From a virus (taxonomy: Duplodnaviria > Caudoviricetes): DNA of 39,515 bases. Below, piece after piece: positions 8,638 to 17,594 of the stretch. Location: positions 1 to 39,515 of IMG/VR virus record IMGVR_UViG_3300025502_000060. The stretch is one strand, 5' to 3'. The position numbers were made by a program, and so were the translations under genes. The notes under the pieces are model-generated. The model saw only the letters and a list, made by a program, of their open reading frames with translations. It searched no databases and had not been told where the DNA came from. How positions within the stretch are numbered: position 1 is the first letter of the stretch; each line of letters opens with the position of its first letter.

Positions 8638-10182
8638 ATGTTCATTCAAAAAATATTATGCATTGGTAACGAAAGTGAATCGTCAGACAATCTAACTACA
8701 CTATTAGCACAGAGTTTCAACACTACTAATCATGGATTAATTAGTACGCCCAATTTTACCCCTGCCACTCCAGGATACTATCATACTTCTGTTGTAGATT
8801 TAACTCCAGGAGAGATTGTAAAAATTTCAGATAAGTTTGACCGTATTCTAATGTTAGACCAAACTAGAGAAAGTTATACTCACTTTAAGACATTGTTTAC
8901 CACAGTACGATTAATGCACGATTTAGAAGTATTAGGTATTGATGTAGACTATCGTACAGTTAAATCCGCTAAAAATATAATCCATTGGAGAGAATATTTA
9001 CAAAAAAATAAAAGTTTTTGTTTCCATCCATTTCTAGCTATAATCAATGATTTGGACTCAACTATACTATGCCCTAAAGCCAAACAACTTGGAAAGGGAG
9101 AAAAAGTAATAACCTTAACTAAATTAGAAGACATTGGTGATTGGCAAACTGAACCAGCATACCTAGATATTCGGAATAAAATGGCGGCTGGAGAACTGCT
9201 CCCAAAACATTGTCAATCCTGCTACGTTTGTGAAAGTAAAGGAGAAGAAAGCACTCGTCAATACGAAACTTTAGAATGGGCAGAAAAAATGTCATTGACT
9301 TCAGTTGATGACTTTTTTGCTGTAAAGAATCCAGTCTTTTATGAAATACGTCCTAGTAATAAGTGTAATGTAATGTGCCGAACTTGTGATGATGGCCACA
9401 GTCATCTCATACAGCGTGAATGGAAAAAATATAAGACTATTCCATTAGTAAGTGACCAATGGACCTTAAGTGGTACTTCTATACAGGATATTAATTTTGA
9501 GTCAGCTGAACGTATTTACTTTGGCGGAGGTGAACCTACTATCATGCCTGAGTTTTATGAGTTCTTAAGAAAGGCTACAGAAGCAGGACATACTGATTTT
9601 GAGCTTGAAATTGGGACCAATGGTATGAAATTTAGCAATACTCTATTAGATTTACTAGACCCGTTTACTGATGTAAATCTTGCATTTAGTTTTGATGGGT
9701 ACGATCGTGTCAATGACTATATACGATGGGGTACTGATTTTGGCACCGTAGTTCGCAACGCCCACATCTTGCAAGAAAGAGGGCATAAAATAAGTTTACA
9801 AACTGTATTCTCAACGTATAGTATTACTAGACTGCACGAAGTATTTGAATTTTATGATCGTGAATTTCCTAAGTCAGGAGCATTAGTACAAGTTGCCAAT
9901 TGGGAAGATGATATGTTTTCACCGCTTAATAATCCGTGTTCAGAATTAGTGATAAAATCTATGCGCCGTTGCCAGGAAACTAATATATATTATATGAGTG
10001 GGCGTTCAATAAAAAGTCTGGTAGATCTAGTGATAGATCAATACAGTAGTCCCAATCATAAAATTAATGTTGAAAGACTAAGAAAATTTTATGATTTTAA
10101 TGACAAATTAGATAGTTTTAGAAATAGTCAGTTAGGTGATTATATTCCAGAACTTGAACAAGCAAGGAGTTTATATCTATAA
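8638..10182 (+). CDS. radical SAM protein with twitch-like domain and extra ~120-aa N-terminal domain
   Basis: FCFHPF...C, CQSC..E...STR, SNKCNVMCRTC, GGGEP, TNG, SFDG. Confidence 0.88.
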   Translation: MFIQKILCIGNESESSDNLTTLLAQSFNTTNHGLISTPNFTPATPGYYHTSVVDLTPGEIVKISDKFDRILMLDQTRESYTHFKTLFTTVRLMHDLEVLGIDVDYRTVKSAKNIIHWREYLQKNKSFCFHPFLAIINDLDSTILCPKAKQLGKGEKVITLTKLEDIGDWQTEPAYLDIRNKMAAGELLPKHCQSCYVCESKGEESTRQYETLEWAEKMSLTSVDDFFAVKNPVFYEIRPSNKCNVMCRTCDDGHSHLIQREWKKYKTIPLVSDQWTLSGTSIQDINFESAERIYFGGGEPTIMPEFYEFLRKATEAGHTDFELEIGTNGMKFSNTLLDLLDPFTDVNLAFSFDGYDRVNDYIRWGTDFGTVVRNAHILQERGHKISLQTVFSTYSITRLHEVFEFYDREFPKSGALVQVANWEDDMFSPLNNPCSELVIKSMRRCQETNIYYMSGRSIKSLVDLVIDQYSSPNHKINVERLRKFYDFNDKLDSFRNSQLGDYIPELEQARSLYL

Positions 10183-10313
10183 TGAAACTTACAGACTTTC
10201 TCGTTAATCTAAGGACTGCGATCAATGGAATTAACGATAATAATATTAGGAAACAATTAGTACAAATTTTAAACGACTTTACAAACTGCAAGAACGATGA
10301 AAATAGAAAATAG
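10182..10313 (+). CDS. small hypothetical protein (43 aa)
   Basis: TAATG coupling; MKLTDFLVNLRTAING...; fills the gap; below the ORF-track cutoff. Confidence 0.5.
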   Translation: MKLTDFLVNLRTAINGINDNNIRKQLVQILNDFTNCKNDENRK

Positions 10314-10584
10314 AAAATATAGGGTTCGTTTCTTCTTTGACGCTATGCACTATAAAGAAACCTATGACAAAAGACCACAGGACATATTTTGGCTTGTAGC
10401 TAATAAGTTTAAAGAAACAGAGCAGGCACGTTGGGTAGAAGACAATGACATAGAACTTAAATGGTTAGAAGATGATGGTGTAAAGAATTGGCATAAGGTA
10501 TGTGTTATCTACAGTGATTTAACTGAAGAACAATATGTTTCTTATAGCCTGAGGTTTTTTAAACACACAGAGGAATGGAAATAA
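10297..10584 (+). CDS. hypothetical protein
   Basis: 95-aa ORF coupled to neighbours. Confidence 0.75.
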   Translation: MKIENRKYRVRFFFDAMHYKETYDKRPQDIFWLVANKFKETEQARWVEDNDIELKWLEDDGVKNWHKVCVIYSDLTEEQYVSYSLRFFKHTEEWK

Positions 10585-10739
10585 TGAGTAACTTATGGTT
10601 AAAACAAGCATTAGAAAAAAAGAAGGCGGCCCAAGGCAAAAAAGAAGGCAGTCAGACTGACAGCATAGGTAAGGTAAAAGCTAACAATCAAGTTACAAGT
10701 AATCGTCCTGGTAAAAAAGCGGCTGGAAGGGGTAGATAA
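10584..10739 (+). CDS. small basic protein (51 aa)
   Basis: TAATG coupling at both ends, GAGG RBS; MSNLWLKQALEKKK...KKAAGRGR*. Confidence 0.7.
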   Translation: MSNLWLKQALEKKKAAQGKKEGSQTDSIGKVKANNQVTSNRPGKKAAGRGR

Positions 10740-11104
10740 TGACGGACGTATTTAAAGACATTGATCGATTTGCAACAGCGTGCGATCAACCAGCAAGTGA
10801 CAAAAACTATCAAATGTACCTAGGACTTATCAATGAAGAAATTGGCGAGCTTGCTGAGGCATTGATGGCACAAGACAGAGTAGAACAGTTAGATGCACTC
10901 GTTGACATCTTAGTTGTTACTATGGGAGCTATCAGAGCAGGAGGCTTTGACGGTCCGGGTGCGTGGAAAGAGGTAATGGATACAAACTTTGCTAAAATTA
11001 GTCCTGATACAGGTAAAGTTATTAAGCGTGATGATGGTAAAGTTCTTAAGCCCAAAGGGTGGACAGCTCCCGATCTTAAACCTTTTGTTGGAACTGATAA
11101 ATGA
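10739..11104 (+). CDS. MazG-like / PRA-PH nucleoside-triphosphate pyrophosphohydrolase
   Basis: LINEEIGEL..A, DALVDILVV, EV..TN.AK, R.DGKVLKP.GW..P. Confidence 0.88.
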   Translation: MTDVFKDIDRFATACDQPASDKNYQMYLGLINEEIGELAEALMAQDRVEQLDALVDILVVTMGAIRAGGFDGPGAWKEVMDTNFAKISPDTGKVIKRDDGKVLKPKGWTAPDLKPFVGTDK

Positions 11105-12066
11105 AAATACTATTAACAGGTGGCGCAGGATTTATTGGGCACAATGTAGTCCGTCATCTTGAATCCATAGGGCACGAATGTTGTATTATAGACAGCCTAA
11201 CCGGTTACGGGTTTGTTCCTAAAGAAGAAGTTGATTATCTCAATGAGAATAGGCTTAAACGAATTAAGACTACCTTGAATATTTTTGATATCAGAGATGT
11301 TGCCCAGGTTAATAGTATTGTTGACAAATTTCGTCCAGATGTTGTTATACACTTAGCAAGTTTCCCTAGGCAGAAGATAGTTACCGAAGCTCCTTTATTA
11401 GCCAGTGACGTGATGACTACAGGATTAATAACCCTATTAGAAGCTAGTAAGAATTACCAAGTTAAGAAATTTGTTTATATATCAAGCAGTATGATCTACG
11501 GTGATTTTGAAACCGACGTTACTGAGACTGCCCAGTGTAGTCCAATTGGTCAATACGGTATCCTAAAATATGCCGGAGAGAAACTGGTAGAAGAGTACAC
11601 AAGACGTGGAGCATTTGATCATGTTATCATTCGTCCAAGTGCCGTGTATGGTGAGTGGGACGTCGAGGATCGTGTGGTCAGCAAGTTTATGACCAAGGCC
11701 ATGCGTGGAGAAACTCTTAAAGTAAATGGTGCTAGTGAAGTTTTAGATTTTACCTATGTAGAAGATACTGCCATGGGCATTACATTAGCCGCAACTAAAT
11801 CTATTTCGTCTAATAAGATATACAACATAACACGGTCAGCTGGGAGGCTGTGGACATTGAAGGATGCCGCCGAACTTGCTATTAGTATTACCGGCAAAGG
11901 GTCTCTAGAATTAGGCGATCGTGACCTAGATTTTCCTAAACGTGGAAGATTAGACATTACCCGTGCTATCAGAGAGTTAGGATATGCTCCAACGACTAAT
12001 GTTGAAGAAGGGTTTGAGAAATACTACGAATGGTATAAACTAAATCCTACGCTGTGGCGTAAATAG
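11101..12066 (+). CDS. NAD-dependent epimerase/dehydratase (extended SDR)
   Basis: TGGAGFIG, HLA, YISSS, YGILK (YxxxK), DFTYVED. Confidence 0.93.
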   Translation: MKILLTGGAGFIGHNVVRHLESIGHECCIIDSLTGYGFVPKEEVDYLNENRLKRIKTTLNIFDIRDVAQVNSIVDKFRPDVVIHLASFPRQKIVTEAPLLASDVMTTGLITLLEASKNYQVKKFVYISSSMIYGDFETDVTETAQCSPIGQYGILKYAGEKLVEEYTRRGAFDHVIIRPSAVYGEWDVEDRVVSKFMTKAMRGETLKVNGASEVLDFTYVEDTAMGITLAATKSISSNKIYNITRSAGRLWTLKDAAELAISITGKGSLELGDRDLDFPKRGRLDITRAIRELGYAPTTNVEEGFEKYYEWYKLNPTLWRK

Positions 12067-13351
12067 AATCATGGTAATTCTTTAACCAATCCCAATCAAA
12101 GCTCCACATTAGCTCCGTATGATCACCTTGGACTTTGTTCCAATAATCAACAGCATCCTGAGCACCACGTAGACTCCATTCTGCATTTGTTCCTGTTGCT
12201 TGTGTTAACCAAACTTGCAATCTGTGTAGGCTTTCAATATTACCAGTCTTTACTGAATCATCTTTTAGTTTAACTACTTCGCGGAATGCTGTACGCCAAG
12301 ACATCAGTGGGTCAGCATTATAATGGGCAGTGCCACTTATAAGGGGAACAACGGCATGTAACTTACTCATTGTAAAATCTAATCCATAGTCGTCGGTGTC
12401 TAATACTAACTCTCGATTATAAGCAACCATGGCCATGTGGCCATATATTAGGTCATTGACTGGGTTACGGGCATGGAATATGTAATGTTTTGGTTCCTGA
12501 AGACAATCTGGCTGCCACAACCAATCAAAATTAGGATTGATTTCTAATTTTGCCCATACCACAAATACCCATGGTGTCGCGCTTAGACGGGCCGCTTCTT
12601 TGATTGCATTGTCTCTTCCCTTTACACCCTGTACCCTTTTAACTTCCTTGCCCGAACATTTAACCAAGTAGTTATACCAACGATCAGCATCTGTTTCACC
12701 ATTGCTGATATAGATAATATCCAACGGATTAGGTGGCAAAAAGATGTCTTTTTGTTTAATAACGTAGGGATAATCATAGATTTGTGAGGTTAAATGTGAC
12801 TGAATTTCACGCGGTGCTAGTGATACGCTCCCTGACATATTAAAACTATAAAAACATCTATCTTTCCATAACGGAGGATCAAAATCAGCAGTTTCATTAA
12901 TCCAAAGATAAGACGAATTAAACTGTGCGTTTGTTATATGTTCAGTGATGTCTTCAGTAGTACATTCTAATACTGGCCATGCTAGCCTAGGCACTCCTAC
13001 CTCGTGCCAATTGATGTCTTTATACCATTCTAATAGTTCTATGTTTAGTTGCTTTAAGAATTCCGTTTTATTGATCAGGAATGTGTCGCCAAACTCTTGA
13101 TTGCCACTGGCCCAGCAGTGCAATTGATATGACTCCCATGGTACTGCCCTATACCCAAAATCAAAGTCAGCATAGTCGCAACAACTTGAAATTATCCAAG
13201 CATAAGGAGTTCTACAACGTGAAATACAGCGTTTTAACGTGTCTAAATGATTATCGTAGTATCTTACCACCCTGGCATGCGGAAAACGCTGTACAAGACT
13301 CTGTACGTTGTCATCATGACCGCCCATATCCATAATGAATATATCAAACAT
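12047..13351 (-). CDS. two-domain glycosyltransferase-like protein (GT-A fold, degenerate DxD)
   Basis: C-terminal half aligns by eye with 28369-29262 (DIIYIS, RVQGVKG, A.NPVNDL.YG, WRTAFRE.VK). Confidence 0.6.
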   Translation of the reverse strand: MFDIFIMDMGGHDDNVQSLVQRFPHARVVRYYDNHLDTLKRCISRCRTPYAWIISSCCDYADFDFGYRAVPWESYQLHCWASGNQEFGDTFLINKTEFLKQLNIELLEWYKDINWHEVGVPRLAWPVLECTTEDITEHITNAQFNSSYLWINETADFDPPLWKDRCFYSFNMSGSVSLAPREIQSHLTSQIYDYPYVIKQKDIFLPPNPLDIIYISNGETDADRWYNYLVKCSGKEVKRVQGVKGRDNAIKEAARLSATPWVFVVWAKLEINPNFDWLWQPDCLQEPKHYIFHARNPVNDLIYGHMAMVAYNRELVLDTDDYGLDFTMSKLHAVVPLISGTAHYNADPLMSWRTAFREVVKLKDDSVKTGNIESLHRLQVWLTQATGTNAEWSLRGAQDAVDYWNKVQGDHTELMWSFDWDWLKNYHDSIYATA

Positions 13352-13773
13352 TAACTATTCCGTGCCATGTAGGTTGACACTATCTTAACTAATTGTTTGT
13401 GCGTATCTTTAAACCACTCACTGACATGATAGTCAACATCGTCAGGAGTTTCAAACATTTGATTGGTATCTTCAAACCGGCTTTCTTTGATAGTGTCCAT
13501 CCATACTGTATAATCAGCATTAAATAACTTTCTAAGTTTATTTGTTGGACATACAAAATCTACCACTGCTACCTTCCCTGCTAGTTCAACACCTTGTGAT
13601 AGATGTAACATGCGTAATGTTTGTCGTTGTCGCCCTTCTGGGGAAAAGTCCCAATCATCGTATTGTGTTCTTACTTGATCAGCATTAATATAAACAGCAC
13701 CAATCAATTCAGCAAATGGCCTAGCTAATGTTGATTTTCCACTGCCTGGTAATCCCATAATTAATATTTTCAT
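13351..13773 (-). CDS. adenylyl-sulfate (APS) kinase-like P-loop kinase
   Basis: MGLPGSGKS, NAD.VR...DWDFS.EGR.RQ, DFVCP, FE.P; ATG 13773 overlaps the upstream TGA. Confidence 0.75.
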   Translation of the reverse strand: MKILIMGLPGSGKSTLARPFAELIGAVYINADQVRTQYDDWDFSPEGRQRQTLRMLHLSQGVELAGKVAVVDFVCPTNKLRKLFNADYTVWMDTIKESRFEDTNQMFETPDDVDYHVSEWFKDTHKQLVKIVSTYMARNS

Positions 13774-14477
13774 TTGTGTTTCTCCCACATATCTTCTTGT
13801 ACTCGACTATTCCATTCAGCCCCATTGTGGTGCCCATCTCTGGCCAATGGAAATATTTCTAGGTAATTGATATCATCTACATTTAATTCTAAGAGTTTAA
13901 AATGGTAAATTTCCTGCAATAATTTTACTATTGTTTTATTCTTGCATTGATTATTATATATAGTTTGATCTTCATATTGCAAATTAACTCCTTCCATATT
14001 CCAAGGGCCTTGCATAGTTGGAATATATTTCTCATACGTTTCAAATCTATATAAACTTGGCCACAGTATAGCAACAGTTTTTGGTCGAGCAATAGGGATA
14101 ATATTTACTGCCAGTCTTGCTACAGTGTCGGCTGATCCGCCGCCATATCCTGCATTCCAAACCATATGATCATGCATATGATTATTACCCAATTGATGTA
14201 TCCAACTTTGCTCCTACGGTATACCAACGCCCACAGTGTGACTACATCCCAGCCCCAATAGTATTGGTTTATCTATTGCAAGGTCAAAATCCCAGTCAGA
14301 TCTAAAGCCTTGTGCGTTATATTTGTAATCAAAACTGTCAGCGGTCCACTCACCTTTATCTTTTACCTTTTTCCAATTGTCAATATTGTCTGAATCAAGC
14401 GGGCTGAACTGCATCCTTTTGTTTTTAGGATATGGTCCGATATCAAGTGTTACTCCTGGTTGCCAATAGTTAATCAT
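13770..14477 (-). pseudogene. SGNH-like hydrolase/acyltransferase interrupted by one in-frame TAG (14214-14216)
   Basis: The 87-aa and 140-aa ORFs share a frame: ...GCSHTVGVGIP*EQSWIHQLG...; YN.QGFR, GCS, NAG..G, RDGHH motifs. Confidence 0.8.
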
Positions 14478-15964
14478 AATACCTTAACTCCGTATTCTCG
14501 TTCAAATCTATCAGCGTCCGCACGAGTGTTTACCATGGGTTCACCTCGTATATTAAGACTAGTGTTTAATAACATCGGGCATCCAGTCCAAACATTCCAC
14601 GCTTCTAATAATTGACGTATTCCTGACCGTGAATCTTTAGGTACTGTTTGTACACGACTGGTGCCATCTACATGTATAATAGCAGGAAATTCTTTTGGGC
14701 GTGTACACAGTGCAGTTGTTTGCATGTAGTCGCTGGTTGGGAAACCATGTGGCATTTCAAAATACTCATTGACATATTCTTCTAAGATAATAGGTGCAAA
14801 TGGACGGAACTTCTGTCTACGTTTAATAGCATTCACCTGATCTTTTATTTCTGGACCTCTTGGATCTGCTAGTAAACTTCTATTACCTAAAGCACGAGGA
14901 CCAAACTCTGCTGGACCATTTGCAACTCCTACAATTTTGCGTTCTACCAGTTCAGTGATTAACTCTTTTACAGGATATTCACCATATATGTCATATCCTA
15001 AGTAGGCATCTTTCCACTCCAACTGTTTACCGTAAGCCAGTGCCGCGGCACCCAATGAACTGCCTGCATCACCTGGATTAGGCATAATCCATATGTTGTC
15101 ATAAAATTGTCCTAGGTCTCTGTTAGCTGAACAGTTAAGAGCAACTCCACCCATGTATACTAAATTTTTACTAGTACCATACTTGTGAGCTCGTGCTATT
15201 ACTATTTTAATTAATGTTTCTACCAGTTCTTGTGCAGATGCCGCTACATCAAAATCTTCACCATACCCTTTTTTACCTTCATCAGGTAATCCTAGGTGTA
15301 GATTATGTTTGAATGTTATTGATGCTTCATCTTCTAGAAGTACAGTTTTAAATGCTTCTTTGTAATGACTTTGTCCGTATGCGGCCATACCCATTAGAAT
15401 ATATTCTTCATCCAATGGGCGTAATCCTACTTCTTTAGTAAATGCTGAATACATTAACCCAATTGAGTGAGGATATTTCTGTCCCCATAATTTTTTATAT
15501 TTGGCTTGGCCTTTGTGAGTGTATGTGGCATCCCAGATGCTTATAGTATCCCATTCACCAATGGCATCAATGACTACTACTGTTGCGTCTTGATACGGTG
15601 ACGTTTGGAACCCTGCGGCCGCATGTGATAGGTGATGATTGTAAGTTTTTATAGGTACATGTTTTAGCACACCTTCAAGATCAATGCTATTAATCATTTT
15701 ACGCACTGACCAATCAGACCACAGATCATCCCATTGCCCTGCATAGAGTTGTCTAGTTTTCTTTACCCACGGTCTTTCGTAATAGGCAATAACATCAGGT
15801 ACACCACAGCGCGACAGGCAGTCAAACAGCATTTCACTGTTTAATTTGCTATCATGTTTATGTTTGCTGTAACGTTCGCTGTGTGCGGCAAATGGTATTA
15901 GACCATTGCTTACATAGCTCATGCCAGCATCATGAAATCCAGCCGATATTCCTAATATGTTCAT
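14474..15964 (-). CDS. carbamoyltransferase, NodU/CmcH/TobZ family
   Basis: HDA, ERYS..KHD, HHLSHAA, DAIGE, MGMAAYG, GGVALN, PGDAG, EFGPRALGNRS, FRPFAP, HVDGTSRVQTV, LLNTSLN..GEP. Confidence 0.95.
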   Translation of the reverse strand: MNILGISAGFHDAGMSYVSNGLIPFAAHSERYSKHKHDSKLNSEMLFDCLSRCGVPDVIAYYERPWVKKTRQLYAGQWDDLWSDWSVRKMINSIDLEGVLKHVPIKTYNHHLSHAAAGFQTSPYQDATVVVIDAIGEWDTISIWDATYTHKGQAKYKKLWGQKYPHSIGLMYSAFTKEVGLRPLDEEYILMGMAAYGQSHYKEAFKTVLLEDEASITFKHNLHLGLPDEGKKGYGEDFDVAASAQELVETLIKIVIARAHKYGTSKNLVYMGGVALNCSANRDLGQFYDNIWIMPNPGDAGSSLGAAALAYGKQLEWKDAYLGYDIYGEYPVKELITELVERKIVGVANGPAEFGPRALGNRSLLADPRGPEIKDQVNAIKRRQKFRPFAPIILEEYVNEYFEMPHGFPTSDYMQTTALCTRPKEFPAIIHVDGTSRVQTVPKDSRSGIRQLLEAWNVWTGCPMLLNTSLNIRGEPMVNTRADADRFEREYGVKVL

Positions 15965-16565
15965 TGATCTTCTCTGCTACTAGTTGATGTCCTTGTTCTA
16001 AAAAATGCCCATTGGGGCCTTTTGGTGTTTTCCACGTCCATTCCATCATTGTTTCTTTTGGCCACCCAGGATAGAATTTGTCGTTTACTTGTGTGATCAA
16101 ATTATCTGATGTACGCTGTTTTTCTTGATGATTACCAAAAGTATCTACCATAAGATATCTCTTGTTGTTTGCTTCTAGATAGTTCTGCAATAAGATGATA
16201 TTAATCAAGTATTGTTTATATAAGTAGTCATCGTCATGATGTCTGTTAACGTATTCTATTAGCTCTTTTCTATATTTTAGATTGCCAACAAAAAAGACAC
16301 CTTTGCATCCTGGCCATATGTCATAAGGCCCGTTCTCGTCTGACGTCTCTACTCTGGCGTAATGGCTCCACGCTATGATTACTAAATCATTGTCATGACT
16401 GTTTTCTATCACTGCGCGGACCATATAGTTATTGCTACATCCTGGCTTGCCTAAGTTGGTGACTTCATAGCCCAATTGAGCACCTAATAGATGGGGCCAT
16501 GCCTGTGTGCGATCCACAAGCTCGTCACCATAAGTGAAACTGTCTCCTACCGTTAGCAATCTCAT
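15930..16565 (-). CDS. SGNH/GDSL-like protein
   Basis: GDSFTYG, NLG.PG.SN, WS...R.E, C-terminal GHF...GH. Confidence 0.8.
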   Translation of the reverse strand: MRLLTVGDSFTYGDELVDRTQAWPHLLGAQLGYEVTNLGKPGCSNNYMVRAVIENSHDNDLVIIAWSHYARVETSDENGPYDIWPGCKGVFFVGNLKYRKELIEYVNRHHDDDYLYKQYLINIILLQNYLEANNKRYLMVDTFGNHQEKQRTSDNLITQVNDKFYPGWPKETMMEWTWKTPKGPNGHFLEQGHQLVAEKINEHIRNIGWIS

Positions 16566-16705
16566 AGCATTTCACTATTTAAATGTCTGTCATGTTTTTG
16601 TTTACTATAACGCTCTGAGTGTCCAGCAAACGTTATATTACCATCTAGATCAATGATACTAATTGATGCATCGTGGAAGCCTACCGATATTCCTAAATAA
16701 CTCAT
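16562..16705 (-). pseudogene. truncated second copy of the carbamoyltransferase N-terminus (47 aa)
   Basis: MSYLGISVGFHDASISIIDLDGNITFAGHSERYSKQKHDRHLNSEML* versus MNILGISAGFHDAGMSYVSNGLIPFAAHSERYSKHKHDSKLNSEML; ATGA-coupled at both ends. Confidence 0.9.
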
Positions 16706-17481
16706 TTAGGTTCCATGTAAAATCCAATCTCTTTAAATGTTTTGCCTATGTCGTTGCAAGTTAGAAACTTAGACATACCTACCATATTAGCCGTAATAAT
16801 CTTCTCGCTGTTTTTGCACCAGCTATATACTGTTTGCTTGCTTACGTTTTCTACATTGTTGCTTATATCTTTTACAGTGGTAAACTTACCGAAGGGCGTA
16901 ACATAGTACCCCTTGAAGTTTGCATTATTCGTGCCTGTGTATTTTCCTGTTAACGCTTCGCTTATTAACTGTCGCTTATCTGCAGAATGTTTCTTCCCGA
17001 ACATAGGATTATTTTTACCAGACTGTTTAACAGACATTTTCTTTTTTGTTTCTGCTGATCGTTTGCTACCTGTTCTGCTTGCAGACATCTTTGCTCTTGT
17101 TTCTGCTGAGGCTGGTGCACGTTTCTTTCTTGCTTTCTTTAGATTTTCTTTGTGCGGATCCGTAAAGCCGTTGCCTTGTGTATAATGATCTGCTCCTGAA
17201 CTAAACCCTTTACCGCCCGGTTGCTTATTATAACACTTCTTATCTGTGCGCCATAGATCGCCAACAGCGTTCTCTTCGGCTAAGTAGCATTCGTCTTCAT
17301 TATCGAGCTCGGTCAAGGTGATACGTTCAAAAGCATCAACTCCGTACTTTTGTATAGCGTAGTTAACTACTTCGCTACTACCGAAGTACCCATCAAACGT
17401 ATCACTTGTTTGTTTGTGCTTGCCGATATAATATTTTCCATTAACGGTGTTAACTGTTTTATAAACTATGTATGTATCCAT
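16702..17481 (-). mobile_element. free-standing GIY-YIG (Seg-like) homing endonuclease with NUMOD3-like repeats
   Basis: IVYKTVNTVNGKYYIGKH, YFGS, AI.KYG...F, YN...GG; ETRAKMS, ETKKKMS and NPMFGKKHS repeats; GATAAATA 5 nt before ATG. Confidence 0.9.
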
Positions 17482-17492
17482 ACACTTATTTA

Positions 17493-17594
17493 TCAGCGAT
17501 ATATGAAGGGATCTCTCTTGCGAAGTTCTTTAAGTTTTTTTCTATATCGTATCTCTAATTTAATACGATTAATTAACGTTCTTAACCATTGCAT
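17493..17594 (-). CDS. 33-aa basic peptide ending DPFIYR (carbamoyltransferase-associated small protein)
   Basis: MQWLRTLINRIKLEIRYRKKLKELRKRDPFIYR*; AAGGAG RBS upstream; overlaps the end of the SGNH gene. Confidence 0.75.
   Translation of the reverse strand: MQWLRTLINRIKLEIRYRKKLKELRKRDPFIYR

Noticed and set aside
610-11957. Minus-strand ORFs opposite the + strand genes (e.g. 1908-2315, 5566-5991, 6858-7256)
   Set aside because: Almost entirely overlap better-supported genes on the opposite strand and have no recognisable motifs
17493-17594. 33-aa peptide as a RiPP precursor for the radical SAM enzymes
   Set aside because: No leader/core pattern, no evident RRE/PqqD domain, protease or transporter; the context is sugar-modifying. 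Not fully excluded
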